64,000 nt of DNA from the NCBI GenBank assembly GCA_026387175.1, contig JAPLME010000008.1:13091-77090 (forward strand), read 5' to 3'. Numbering within the stretch: the stretch's first letter is position 1; the number at the start of each line of letters is the position of its first letter. The notes beneath the pieces are model-generated. The model saw nothing but the letters and a program-made list of their open reading frames with translations, did no database searches and was not told where the DNA came from. Below, piece after piece: positions 38,884-50,500 of the stretch. The stretch is from Candidatus Omnitrophota bacterium. GTDB taxonomy: Bacteria > Omnitrophota > Gorgyraeia > 2-01-FULL-45-10. Both the position numbers and the translations under genes were made by a program.

Positions 38884-40335
38884 GTGAAGGTATATAATTC
38901 GCTCACAAGGAAGAAAGAAGAACTTGTGACGATAGCGAAGGATAAAGTAGGCATATATGTTTGCGGCCCCACCGTATATGACGAACCTCATATAGGACAC
39001 GCCAGGAGCGCTTACATATTCGATGTCATAAGACGTTACTTGAAGCACAAGGGCTACCAGGTGAAATTTGTGCGTAACGTCACGGATGTCGACGACAAGA
39101 TTATCAATAAGGCTAAAGAAGCTGTCAGCCATCAGCCATCAGCTTTCAGCTTGGTGGAGGCCTCGAAAGAGGTCTCGAAGAAATACCTCGACTCATACCA
39201 TCGCGACATGGATCTCCTTGGCATCGGCCATCCCGATAAAGAACCAAAAGCCACAGAGTATATTCCGAAGATGATACGGTTCATCGAGAACCTGATAGAG
39301 AGGGAGGCCGCTTATATTGCCGATGGAGACGTATATTTTGATATAAAGAAAGCGAAAGATTACGGTAAGCTCTCCAATCAGAATATAGAGAAGATGGAGA
39401 CGGGCGCCCGTATTTTGCCGGGAGAGAAGAAGAAGGATGGCCTGGATTTCGCCCTCTGGAAAAGCGCAAAAGAGGGCGAGCCCTGTTGGGACAGCCCGTG
39501 GGGAAAAGGGCGGCCCGGATGGCATATCGAATGCTCGGTTATGAGCTCCGATATCCTTGGGGATGAATTCGATATACACGGCGGCGGTATAGACCTTATA
39601 TTCCCCCATCATGAGAATGAAGTGGCGCAGTCCGAAGGAGCCGGCAAGGCTTTCGCGCGTTATTGGATGCATAATGGTCTATTAACTATCGATAGCGAGA
39701 AGATGGCGAAGTCCCTTGGCAATTTCATATCCATCCAGGATTTCATGAAGAAATATAAAGACGCGGATTATCTGAAGCTGTTATTCCTGAATACGCACTA
39801 CCGCCATCCCGTCGACTACACCGAAGAAAAGATAGGCGAGATGAAGGCCCAGAAGGAAAGGTTCGCCATTCTTTTTGATAAGATCGACAGGATCGCGAAA
39901 GCGGCCCCGGGCCTCCGGGATGCGGCAACCCGGGCTGCGGGCGAGGGGGATGAATTCAGGAAGAAATTCGATGAGGCCATGGACGATGATTTCAATACGC
40001 CTCTTGCGCTCGCGTCGCTATTCGACATCGTGACATCCGCTAATAAATTGATGCAGGATAAAGACGATTTCACCCGGGGCGAGATAGAAGAATTATTGGC
40101 CATCAAGAAACTCATAGCGGACCTTGGCGCTGTGCTCGCGCTCGATCTCGAAAAAGACCTCACCAGACAAGACGTCGACGAGGCTAAGATCCTTCGGCTC
40201 ATCGAAGAGAGAAATACCGCCCGGGATAATAGAGATTTTAAGACCGCGGATCATATACGAAAGAAGTTATCGGAAGAGATGGGCGTTATTCTCGAGGATG
40301 AAAAAGGCGGCACCGTATGGCGAAGAAGAACTTAA
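38884..40335 (+). CDS. cysS: Cysteinyl-tRNA synthetase
   Basis: HIGH motif (PHIGHARS), KMAKS (KMSKS variant) and a Zn-binding Cys. The start is GTG. Confidence 0.9.
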   Translation: MKVYNSLTRKKEELVTIAKDKVGIYVCGPTVYDEPHIGHARSAYIFDVIRRYLKHKGYQVKFVRNVTDVDDKIINKAKEAVSHQPSAFSLVEASKEVSKKYLDSYHRDMDLLGIGHPDKEPKATEYIPKMIRFIENLIEREAAYIADGDVYFDIKKAKDYGKLSNQNIEKMETGARILPGEKKKDGLDFALWKSAKEGEPCWDSPWGKGRPGWHIECSVMSSDILGDEFDIHGGGIDLIFPHHENEVAQSEGAGKAFARYWMHNGLLTIDSEKMAKSLGNFISIQDFMKKYKDADYLKLLFLNTHYRHPVDYTEEKIGEMKAQKERFAILFDKIDRIAKAAPGLRDAATRAAGEGDEFRKKFDEAMDDDFNTPLALASLFDIVTSANKLMQDKDDFTRGEIEELLAIKKLIADLGAVLALDLEKDLTRQDVDEAKILRLIEERNTARDNRDFKTADHIRKKLSEEMGVILEDEKGGTVWRRRT

Positions 40336-40949
40336 AGCGCGGAATATTTATAACGTTCGAGGGCATAGAGGGCTGCGGCAAGAGCACGCAGTCGAAATTG
40401 CTTTACGACAGCTTAAAGGCCGCCGGATATGCTTGCGTATATACACGCGAGCCTGGAGGGACATCTCTCGGTGAAAAGATACGGGAGATTATTTTACATT
40501 CGGACGGCATAAAGATATCGGACCTGTCCGAGCTCTTTCTCTTCGAGGCCGCGCGCTCTCAAATAGTAAAAGAGGTAATATCTCCTGCTCGTAAAGCGAA
40601 TAAGATAGTCATCTGCGACCGTTTCAGCGATGCCACATTCAGCTACCAGGGCTATGGCGGGAAGATTCCGATAGAGATAATAAAAATTCTGGACCATGTC
40701 GCGACAGCCGGGCTAAAACCTGATCTTACGATACTTCTTGACGTGGATACGCTGACGGGCCTCGAGCGCGCCAAGCGGAAAGGCACCGACAGGATGGAGA
40801 AGAAAGATATTGCTTACCATAAGAGGGTGCGCTCCGGCTACCTGGACCTTGCCCGTCGTTATCATAAAAGAATAAAGGTTATCAGGACCTCCGGTACTAT
40901 TGAAATGACCCGGCGTGCGGTGGCCTTGGAGGTGAAGCATGTCATTTAA
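40317..40949 (+). CDS. tmk: Thymidylate kinase
   Basis: P-loop FITFEGIEGCGKST plus the DRF motif. Confidence 0.9.
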   Translation: MAKKNLKRGIFITFEGIEGCGKSTQSKLLYDSLKAAGYACVYTREPGGTSLGEKIREIILHSDGIKISDLSELFLFEAARSQIVKEVISPARKANKIVICDRFSDATFSYQGYGGKIPIEIIKILDHVATAGLKPDLTILLDVDTLTGLERAKRKGTDRMEKKDIAYHKRVRSGYLDLARRYHKRIKVIRTSGTIEMTRRAVALEVKHVI

Positions 40950-41931
40950 TCCACACGTGACCGAAGGGAGGAAGCCCCGCGGGGGCTTCACAGATATAAG
41001 AGGCCATGACGCGGCAATATCTTTTCTTAAAAGATCCGCCTGTAGCGGAAGGTTAGCGAACGCCTATATTTTCTGCGGTCCCGGCGGCATAGGCAAAAAG
41101 CTCACGGCACTCAATTTTGCGAAGATGGTGAATTGCCTGGAACCGAATGAAGGACTGGGGTGCGACAACTGCTCTTCCTGTAAAAAGATAGACTCGTTTA
41201 ATCATCCGGATGTGCATTTAGTGGCCCCGGACAAGAAAGGCGCGTCGGTAAAGATAGACAACATCAGGGCTATCATAAAAGATATCGGTTTAAAATCGTA
41301 TGAAGCGAAGACGAAATTTTATATAGTAGACTCGGCCGACAGCCTTACCGAGGAAGCGGCTAACGCGCTCTTAAAAACACTCGAAGAGCCTTCCGGCGAT
41401 TCAACGCTTATCCTGATAACGGAAAACCCCAGACGGCTGGCTCCGACCATAAGATCGCGTTGTCAGTTCGTGAAGTTTCTTCCGCTCGATGCGGCGACCG
41501 TCGAAGAGATATTGGCTGTATCGCATAATGTGGATAGGGTGAAGGCGCGTGTGCTCGCGAAGATCTCCTGCGGTAGAGTCAGCGAAGCGCTTGAGTTGAA
41601 CGATGAAGACTACTTTAATAAAAGAGAACATATAATAAAAACGCTCTTATCCAGAACTTTGTCGGATCTGGAGTTCGACAAGGTATCCAAGGTTGATATG
41701 AAGGCTATCCTGAACATAATGCTGACATGGTATCGTGACATACTGGCGGCAAAAGCTGGCGGCCAAGATTTTGTGAATATTGACAAAAGAGATCTCGTTT
41801 TAATCGAGGCGGGTAAAACAGGTTTCGAGAAATTGGATAATCTCTTAAAAGGCATAATTTCGACTCAAGGTTATTTAGATCAGAACGCTAATCCCAAGCT
41901 TGCCATGACGGCGCTGGGATTGATGTTGTAA
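40939..41931 (+). CDS. holB: DNA polymerase III delta' subunit HolB
   Basis: AAA+ clamp-loader fold with a degenerate P-loop (FCGPGGIGKK) and a Zn-module (CDNCSSCKKI). Confidence 0.8.
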   Translation: MSFNPHVTEGRKPRGGFTDIRGHDAAISFLKRSACSGRLANAYIFCGPGGIGKKLTALNFAKMVNCLEPNEGLGCDNCSSCKKIDSFNHPDVHLVAPDKKGASVKIDNIRAIIKDIGLKSYEAKTKFYIVDSADSLTEEAANALLKTLEEPSGDSTLILITENPRRLAPTIRSRCQFVKFLPLDAATVEEILAVSHNVDRVKARVLAKISCGRVSEALELNDEDYFNKREHIIKTLLSRTLSDLEFDKVSKVDMKAILNIMLTWYRDILAAKAGGQDFVNIDKRDLVLIEAGKTGFEKLDNLLKGIISTQGYLDQNANPKLAMTALGLML

Positions 41932-41940
41932 GGAGCACAT

Positions 41941-42726
41941 ATGCATGAAGTGATACAGGTAAAATTAAGAGAGTCCGGTAAGATCACATATTTCTCTACG
42001 GGTGGGGTGATTTTTAAGGCCGGCGATTACGTTATAGTCGAAGCCGACAGGGGGCTTGATTACGGGCAGGTATTGTCAGAGACCGAGGCGATCGTCGATT
42101 CCGATCTCGAAGAGCCTTTGCGAAAAATTATACGTAAAGCAAACCCGTGGGACATGAACCAGGTCGACAAGAACAAGAAGAAGATAAGAGAGGTCATGGA
42201 ATCCTGTTCCAAAAAGATAAAGGACAGGAAGCTCGCAATGAAGCTGATCTACGCCGAGTTCTCCTTCGACCGCTCAAAGATAGTCTTCTATTTCACCTCA
42301 GAGGGAAGGGTCGATTTTAGGGATCTGGTGAAGGACCTCGCAAGCGCTTTTAAGACCAGGATAGAGCTTAAGCAGATAGGCGTGAGGGACGAGGCGAAGA
42401 TGCTGGGAGGCCTGGGCCCATGCGGAAGGGCGCTCTGCTGCGCGACTCATCTTAAAGATTTTGAGCCCGTGACCATAAAGATGGCGAAGGAGCAGAACCT
42501 GCCGCTCAACCCGACTAAGATATCGGGCCTCTGCGGACGGCTCATGTGCTGCCTCGGATACGAGTATAGTACGTATAAAGACCTGATGAAGGGCCTTCCA
42601 CGAGAAGGAGAGATGATAAAAACTCCGAAGGGTAACGGCAAAGTGATAAGCATAAATGCGTTAAGACGCGCCGCGATGGTAGAGCTTGAGGATGGAAGCC
42701 AGATAGAAGTGCCATACAATAAATAA
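41941..42726 (+). CDS. PSP1 C-terminal domain protein (RicT/YaaT-like)
   Basis: The PSP1 domain is conserved in the holB-neighbouring position, as in many bacteria. The Cys cluster CGRALCC...CGRLMCC is typical of RicT. Confidence 0.75.
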   Translation: MHEVIQVKLRESGKITYFSTGGVIFKAGDYVIVEADRGLDYGQVLSETEAIVDSDLEEPLRKIIRKANPWDMNQVDKNKKKIREVMESCSKKIKDRKLAMKLIYAEFSFDRSKIVFYFTSEGRVDFRDLVKDLASAFKTRIELKQIGVRDEAKMLGGLGPCGRALCCATHLKDFEPVTIKMAKEQNLPLNPTKISGLCGRLMCCLGYEYSTYKDLMKGLPREGEMIKTPKGNGKVISINALRRAAMVELEDGSQIEVPYNK

Positions 42727-42740
42727 ACTCCAGGGATAAG

Positions 42741-44303
42741 ATGTCTAAAAAATACTACATAACCACTCCGCTTTACTATGTAAATTCCAAACCGCACATA
42801 GGGCACTCCTACACTCAGGTAGCCTGCGATACGCTGGCGAGATTCCTGCGCCAGAGCGCGCGCGACGTATTCTTTATGACCGGCACCGATGAGCATGGCG
42901 AGAAGATCGAGAAAGCCACGATCGCCGCAGGCCTTAAAGAAGGCGAAGAACAGAAATTCGTAGATGGGATCGTCCCCGTATTTAAGGGTCTCTGGGAAAA
43001 GCTTAATATCAAATACGATTACTTTATCCGCACCACAGACGCCTATCACATAAATACGGTACAGTCTTTCCTCGATAGGCTGTACAAGGACGGGAAGATA
43101 TATAAGAAGGATTATAAGGGATGGTTTTGCACGCCCTGCGAGACTTTCTGGACCCATACCCAGAGTCCCGACGGTATCTGCCCCGACTGCAAGCGTCCGC
43201 TCGAGAAACTCGATGAGTCAAATTATTTCCTTAAGACATCGGAGCATCAGAAGTGGCTCATTGATCATATAAATAATAATCCCGGCTTTATAAAACCCGA
43301 CTTCCGGAAGAATGAAGTGCTGGGATTTCTTAAGAATGAGGAACTCATGGATCTGTGCGTCACCAGGCCGAAGGCGAGGATGAGCTGGGGCATAGAGGTG
43401 CCTTTCGACAAAGACTATGTCACATATGTATGGTTCGACGCGCTCATCAATTACGTATCCGGGATAGGCTATCCGCACGACATGGAAAGGTTTGTGCAGA
43501 TGTGGCCCGCCGATGTCCATGTAATAGGCAAAGATATACTGAGGCATCATGCTGTATACTGGACGATAATGCTGCATGCGCTCGGTCTAGAGTTGCCGAA
43601 GACGATATTCGCGCACGGGTGGTGGGTAATAAAGGGCGAGAAGATGTCGAAGTCGAAAGGTAATGTCGTAGATCCGATCGATATCGTTTCGCGGTTCGGA
43701 GTGGATCCGTACAGGTATTTTCTTTTGAGAGAAGTGCAATTCGGAATGGACGGGACATTCAGCGAAGAGGCACTCATCACCAGATATAACAGCGATCTTG
43801 CCAATGACATCGGGAATTTACTTAGCAGGACTCTCACAATGGCGGATAAATATTTTGCGGGCGTTGTCCCTGACGTATCAAATATAAAAATTAATAATTC
43901 CGCAGCCGAAGAGATAAGGACCAAAGCGATACAAGCTGCTCACGAAATGGAGAACTTGATTCCGAATTTCGATTTCGCCACCGCTCTGGCCAGGATATGG
44001 GAAGTGATAGGCTTATCTAATAAATTTATTGAGAATTCAAAGCCCTGGACACTTGCAAAAGAGAAGAAAGAGGACGAACTGGCGCTGGTGATCTACACGC
44101 TTTTGGAGGCGTTAAGAATAGTGGCCATAGAGATATATCCGTTTATGCCCGAAACCTCGGAAAAGATGCTCACGCAATTAGGGGTGAAAGAGAAAGCCGA
44201 TAATCTATTTTCTAACGCAAAAATCTGGGGCAAACTTGCCAGTGGTATAAAAGTCAGCAAGTCCGGCCCACTCTTTCCGCGTATCAATACTAAGCATGAT
44301 TAG
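42741..44303 (+). CDS. metG: Methionyl-tRNA synthetase (short form, without the C-terminal dimerisation domain)
   Basis: HIGH (PHIGHSY), KMSKS and a Zn-knuckle (CTPCETF...CPDC). Confidence 0.9.
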   Translation: MSKKYYITTPLYYVNSKPHIGHSYTQVACDTLARFLRQSARDVFFMTGTDEHGEKIEKATIAAGLKEGEEQKFVDGIVPVFKGLWEKLNIKYDYFIRTTDAYHINTVQSFLDRLYKDGKIYKKDYKGWFCTPCETFWTHTQSPDGICPDCKRPLEKLDESNYFLKTSEHQKWLIDHINNNPGFIKPDFRKNEVLGFLKNEELMDLCVTRPKARMSWGIEVPFDKDYVTYVWFDALINYVSGIGYPHDMERFVQMWPADVHVIGKDILRHHAVYWTIMLHALGLELPKTIFAHGWWVIKGEKMSKSKGNVVDPIDIVSRFGVDPYRYFLLREVQFGMDGTFSEEALITRYNSDLANDIGNLLSRTLTMADKYFAGVVPDVSNIKINNSAAEEIRTKAIQAAHEMENLIPNFDFATALARIWEVIGLSNKFIENSKPWTLAKEKKEDELALVIYTLLEALRIVAIEIYPFMPETSEKMLTQLGVKEKADNLFSNAKIWGKLASGIKVSKSGPLFPRINTKHD

Positions 44304-44315
44304 TAGGAAAAAATA

Positions 44316-44368
44316 GGGACTGTCCCCAGACCGTAATCTAAGCGAGGTGGGGACTGTCCCATTTTTTC
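44316..44368 (+). terminator. Rho-independent terminator after metG. The stem is formed by GGGACTGTCCCC and GGGGACTGTCCC (one central mismatch) around a 21-nt loop, followed by a T-run (ATTTTTT).
   Basis: Read directly from the sequence at 13 nt after the metG stop. Confidence 0.55.
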
Positions 44369-44389
44369 CAAGCAATCTTCTTCTAGCTA

Positions 44390-44417
44390 TTGACATTCTG
44401 GTATTATATGATATACT
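44390..44417 (+). promoter_or_regulatory. Sigma70-like promoter TTGACA-N16-TATACT in the AT-rich leader of the giant ORF.
   Basis: Hexamers were read from the sequence. About 130 nt of AT-rich leader lie before the first in-frame ATG. Confidence 0.45.
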
Positions 44418-44547
44418 TAAGTTAGGATAAAGGTTGTTATAAGTGTGTGTTTTTATGCAGTATCCCGCCTTAAATAAATAAATCAAAACGATTAACCAAA
44501 GGGGTTAGTGTAGCTATAATAACGTTTAACATGCTCAGGGTTTATTC

Positions 44548-47500
44548 ATGTTAAGCGCTAAAAAAGATAGCTATGCTTCTATTGACTTAACCACTCCATA
44601 TGCTATACTGAATACTATGTATATCTTCAAAATGCAGTATAGTATTCTATTTAGAGCTATAGCGCTATTTGTCGCATGTTTATTCCTGGCCAATGATATA
44701 AGTTGGGCTGTTCCTTCCAGTTATTCAAATTATTTAGAAACTACTACCACTCTTGCCGTAGAATCCAGGCTCAAACCTTTCTTCGAAAAACACGGTTTAG
44801 ATTTCCAGAATATGTTTAGCGTATATTGTGTAACTGCTGAACTGCGAAACCTGATCATGAAGAGAGAAGTAAGAGATAGCGATATTGTAAGGCTGAACAG
44901 GAATTTACCCCAAGATGAAATCCAGATAGAAAGAGAAACCGTAAAATCCAAATTCATTAAAGCCGCTTCCTTTGAGTCTACCGGAAAAGATTACAAATAC
45001 GCTATCCTCAATTTTAAAAAATCCGGAAAGCGGATTAAAATGGCATTTGTCGACAGTAAACTCGAAAGCAGTGAGCGATTAGAGCTCGGGATCAAAACCG
45101 AAAATGATATAGATCATTTTTCTAGTCCAGGCCTTGAGGGAGTCTGGTTTATTAATATTAAGCCTTCATCGAACTTCGGTTCTGGAAATGCAGCGCAGAC
45201 CATTTATGAAATGCTATCTTCTTACGGTGATAAAGAAGACATTCTGTCTGATCATGGCAAGAGGGTGCTTGCCTGTATACGAGACGGCTCTGTTTCATCT
45301 GATATTCTAGGTTTTGATATCAATAAGCTTCGCGGCTCAACGTTGCCGCAGGCCATCGAGCAGTTGGTCTTGCCGGTGGAACATGGTGGCTTAAATAACG
45401 GCAAAAACTCTTTCTTCATATCGCCCGAAGAATATCTTGAAAAGAACCCACAATGGGCGTCTTCAAGATTTTCAATCTTCCCCAAATCGATTCGATTGGT
45501 AAAAGGTTGTAATAATGATTGCCTCTTTTGCCTGGCTGAGGGACGTAGATCTGTTCAGTCTCTACCTTACCCGATTGCCGCACAGCGCATTCTACGAACA
45601 CATTTTAAAAGGGATGGTATGAGAGGTCGAGCAAGAGCTGTAGCCTATTACCACGGAGATGAGGATATTTTTCACTATATCGATAAAATATGCGGCGCCA
45701 ATATAGCTGACCTGATCTCCTTTGAGCAAAAATTCCCGAGTCCAGTCCGATTTTATACCGAAATGTACACGGCGGGATATTCTCCGTTCGACCCTTCGAT
45801 GGCGTATGTTAAAGATGCGATCGGACAATTACGGGGACAGAAGATCAATGAAAGAACGTACAGAATCTTTATCACATATCATCTATTCAGGCCTGAAATC
45901 GAAGAAGCGATTCTGCAAAAGGACAAAGGTAAGTTAATAAGGGCCGTGAGGGCGTATATGCGGATGTATAAAGAACTTTTTCTTTGCCAGCCCGGCCTGG
46001 AAGTATTGAATAGATCGGCTCTCGAAGAAGATGCGAACTCTTCAAGGGTCATAAAGACGATCGCCGCGATACAGGCTCAGGTGCTGAAGCATCTGAAGAA
46101 TGAAGATGAGACTAAAGAAGCATCTCCGGTATTCTATGATAGATGTATTAATTGGACGCGAGGCCATAAAGCGAAATCCGAGTTTGAGCGCCTGCGTAAA
46201 GCCGAATCCGAAGATCCTGAACTGACCGCCTTTTTAGATAGTTTGGTTATCGAAGAAATTGTGGCAGGATGGGGCGCCCCGCCGAACGCCGGCCCTGAAA
46301 GCCCAGCACAGAAAGGTATGTCCACACACGACACGCCCTCTATAGATACTGGTAAGCTTATTGAGGCAAACGAAGCGTTATCAAGAGTTGAAAATTACCT
46401 CAGATCCGATAAAATTGTTATTTTTGGGGATATGCATCGCGGAGAACTAAAGCCACAGGATGATGAAGTTTGGGATCGCGAACTTTTTCTCGATTATGTT
46501 GAACAGATGGGAAAGCTCTCGATGAATTTTTCGGTTGCGCTGGAGTTACCTTATCAACTCGAAGATAAACTTAACGATCCTTCCGTTTCAGTAGAAGAAT
46601 TTCTGGATGAATACTATAAACTTATAGCTAATGAATATTCTGATGAAATTACCAGAATAAATAGCGAAATACGAGGACCTTACTTATATCGGTTGTTAAC
46701 TGCTCTGAAACACTTCAAGATACCCGTTATTCTTATTGGTGACATTAATGGCCAGCTCAATGGCGGGTTTACAACCATAGATAGAATAGAACAATCCAAT
46801 GAAGATATGACGCGGAAACTTTTGGAAGGACGAAAGAAATATTCGAATGATTCTGTCTTAGTGATGGTAGGGAGAAACCATGTGGTGCCAAAGGTTAATC
46901 CTATCTGGCTCGGTGGGCGTGAGATAAATTCCATACCAGAAATGTTACGAGAGTCTGCAACCAATGTTAAATTAATCCGACCCGATGATATTCAACATGA
47001 CGAAGAGGATTTGGCGAAATTTGACCTGGTCATAAAAGTCGATGGGGAGCGCCAAAATGAATACCTGGCAAGGCAGAAAGACATGTCTATGCGTGATGCA
47101 TCTCCTATAGATAGAAACGGGCTCAGCTCTTTACTTTTTACGCGAAACCGAGATGGCGAGATATTTTTGAATATACCGGTTTTTGAAAAGATCGTTAATA
47201 GCGTTCATTCCAGCCGGGTTTTGGGTAGCGCGCGGTATTTATCTGATCTTGAGGGGTTTGTCCCGTTATCAAAATGTAAGAACGACATAGATATAATGCT
47301 ATTTAATCAGATTGGCGCAAAAGATAAGAGCGCGATAATAGCCAAACTTGTTACGGAACTTGAAAAATATGGAATTGTGAAGATAGGACAAAATGGGGAA
47401 TCCGTCACCGTAAGATTTCCCGGTTCCGAAGAGAACGCGGTCCTTCACATAACGGATCAATGGAATCTTAATACCATCATATACGATATTGTAAGATACC

Positions 47501-50500
47501 AAGGCAACTGTTTATCGATGCTGCAGAAAATAAGGGAAGGTGATATAGGGCCTTCCCTGTCGGATAAAACCGTAAAGATATACCTTTCGGTAAGCTACTA
47601 TTTTGGCGATCCTGAGCTTTACAGAAGTAGGCTACGGGAGTTTTTGGACTGCAAAAACGAACATGAATTTGAAAAACTAAAAGACATTATATTCCGTCAG
47701 GATTTGGATACCCTTGCCGAAAGAATGCACAGTCTTTTGGACGAAGAGAAGCTGGGGGTGGTAAGAGAACGGATTAATATGAAAGAGCCTTTAGAGTCTT
47801 CAAGAATGGGTACAAATTCAGCTTTGGATCTGACCGCGCTTGTTAATAAGTTGGTCGAGGAAATAAGCTCAAAGCAAGCACCCGAGTGGATGGCTCAAGC
47901 TTATCGGCCCGGGCGAGTACTTGTCAGCGCAGAGCGCGAAGGGAATGACACAATTGACGCCAAAATTAAACAGGCCAAACAGCATATTATGCTGGCCACA
48001 CAAGACCCTATTTTGCAAGCCAGGGCCGAACAAGCATTAGAGTTATTACGCCGACATCCACGAGTGCCTGAGCTCATGATTTTAGAGTTTGAAGGAGTTG
48101 CTCACCGTTTGATCAAACTTATTACAGGAAACGAACAGGCTTATCAGGAATACAAGAGAAAGCTGGATGAGGCGATCCAGCCTCTATATCTACAAATCCG
48201 TGATCAGATTCTCAAAATTCCAGATCGAAAGGAAGCGCTTCGTACTGCAGTAATTTACGCCGGTATTGTAAATCTTCTGGATATTACACATGCGGCTTCT
48301 ATACAGGAGATAGCTGATGGCCTAGGGGTAAAAATCGATTTTAGTAAAGGATTGCCTTCGCCTACAGATATTCAATATGTGCTCAATAAAGTATATGAAT
48401 ATGTTGTCAATGAAAAGGCTATTATTATCGATGAACTGGAAGATTTTCTGGCCCGTCTGGAAAAAAATCCGCCGGGAGGAACGATCCTTTACTTTACCGA
48501 TAATCATGGAGAGTTCACTTTCGATCAATTAGTTATCGAACAACTTCTCTTAGCCGGCTATAAGGTTGCCGTAGTTAGCCGCGGCGAGACCGTACGTGAT
48601 GACGTAACGCGGGATGAGGCTACCACGCTTTTGAAAGCTAACCCTAATTTTAGAGCTTTTTTTGCCGACGGCCGCCTAACTGTAACAACAGACGGTTCCT
48701 ACTTTCTCGGGGCAGATTTAAATCAGTCCACCCAGCACCCTGATTTTCTTGCCGCCTGGCGTCAATCCGTTGGATATATTTCCAAAGGTGCCGGGAACTT
48801 CCACACATTATTTGGTCAGCGCCTTTCTTTGCCTGGCCTTTATATTCGCATGATGAAAAAGTCACAAAATTCGTATCAACTTCTTGAAGAGGCACGCGGC
48901 CTGACATTTTCTAAAAAAACGCCGTATGATTTAGCATTAGTTTATCAGCCCGAGGTCTCTTCAAATGGAGTGTCCCCGCGCCCTGGATGGGCTCCGCTTG
49001 CTGGAACCGACGAGTCGACTATCTCTCGTTACGGTTTTCAAGGGAAGCTCATTGCGACGGATCTTGACGGGCTCTTTGAAAAAATCGGTGACATGGTTGC
49101 GGAAAAAGATGGCAGGCTCTTAGCCGTGGACGGGCTGGCTTCTGCGGGGAAAACGACACTGGTAAAAGGCAATAACGCGCTTCAGGTTAAAGGGCTTAAA
49201 ACATATCTGGAAAACCGGTTTGGCCGGCCGGTCATATGTCTTGAAAGAGATTGGTTCTTGAAAAGTCGAGAAGAACGAAAAGCTGTTTGTGCCCACCTGC
49301 ATCCCGATGAAATTTTTACAGAAGAAGCAGAAACACATTTTGATAATGAAGCCTATGTGCAAAAACTTACCGAAGTCCTTGAGTTTTTAAATACAAAAGG
49401 GCCTCCGGGAGAAACATATCAACTGAAAGGAAAGGCTTATAATTGGATTTCCGAAAAAGTAGATGCCGATCTTTCCGATATGGGTTATGTTCCGCCCATT
49501 CCCCGCAACGCCATAGTGATTGTTGAAGGACAACATACTCTTGCAAAAACAAATCCAGGCTTTTTTGACGTGAAAGTATTTGTCGATGTTGCGGATACTG
49601 GTAAGACTCTCGAGAGGGCTGTCCAAAAAGAAATGGGAAGGGATGAAGTTCGCCGGCGAAGCGCGGATGACATCAGAAAAAGAATGAGGCAAGTAGACAT
49701 CCCATCTTCTCGGGCGCTTCAGGAGCGCGGAAATTACATGGAGCATATGGACTTTGTTGTTATGAACGATGACCTTAGCCGACCGTTGATTTATCAATCC
49801 ATGGGAGGAGACGCTCTGCTGAAGGCAAATGAGGGCGATGTATCCTTGCCAATTTCTGGGAAAATTTCGCCTGCCGGGTCGATATATAGCGTATTCGAAT
49901 ATCTTTGCGAACATAATATAACGGATAAGTACCATGCTATCAGTGGCAACATACTGGCAAAAGCCGTAGGAGAGGAACATGTGGTAAGGCAGAAAGCCCT
50001 ATCTCCCAAAAGCATAGAAAGGGACCTGAGAGCATTATTGCGCCTGCGTCTTATTAAAAAAGGACCCAGGATCGGCACTGCTAAAGACGCGCCATATTAT
50101 GTTCCGGAAGCTGTTAAGAAGAAGGCCTATAGAATACTTCCTGTCCTTGAGCAATTCAGAGGCCGCGATCTCCGGCCTACAATACCCCGCCTTGATGATG
50201 TTTATAAAAATCAAATATTACCAATTCTTACAGAGTCCGATATCGGCAGCGCTACGCTGGCGTTCCGGTTAATGAATGCGTTGACATATGCAGATGTAAA
50301 AGAAGATTTTAATGTCATGGTTACTTATAAATGCCCTTTTAATTGCTCCCATTGTCTGGCGAAAGACGCACTAAGGGTTGGCAAGGGAAAGGATGCTGAA
50401 AAAGGCCAGTTGTTCGCGTTATTCGATCAGCTTAAAGGATTTAAGAGGATACACATCGTTGGTCCGGGTGAACCTCTGGCATATGGTAAAGATAAACTGC

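Noticed and set aside
42447-43157. 236-aa minus-strand ORF spanning the PSP1-metG junction.
   Set aside because: It overlaps two well-supported plus-strand genes and has no recognisable domain.
44304-44547. Searched the 244-bp spacer and the other longer intergenic regions (9448-9600, 19112-19274) for tRNA or small RNA genes.
   Set aside because: No cloverleaf-compatible segments (GTTCRANNC T-loop, CCA-adjacent acceptor stems) were seen. The content is explained by the terminator and promoter elements.
46414-46443. Calcineurin-like metallophosphoesterase motif (GDxHG) at IVIFGDMHRGE.
   Set aside because: The motif has an extra residue (GDMHRG). The pairing with the downstream VGRNHVV fits a ChaN/Tiki-type arrangement better. 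Both readings are low confidence.
47224-47298. Nucleotidyltransferase (Pol-beta-like) motif GS...DIDIM in the giant protein.
   Set aside because: The spacing between GS and DxD is 18 residues, longer than the usual 9-13. I treat it as unreliable without an HMM hit.
49387-49980. 197-aa antisense ORF inside the giant 2762-aa gene.
   Set aside because: The sense frame contains the PRK kinase motifs exactly here. The antisense product has no motifs.
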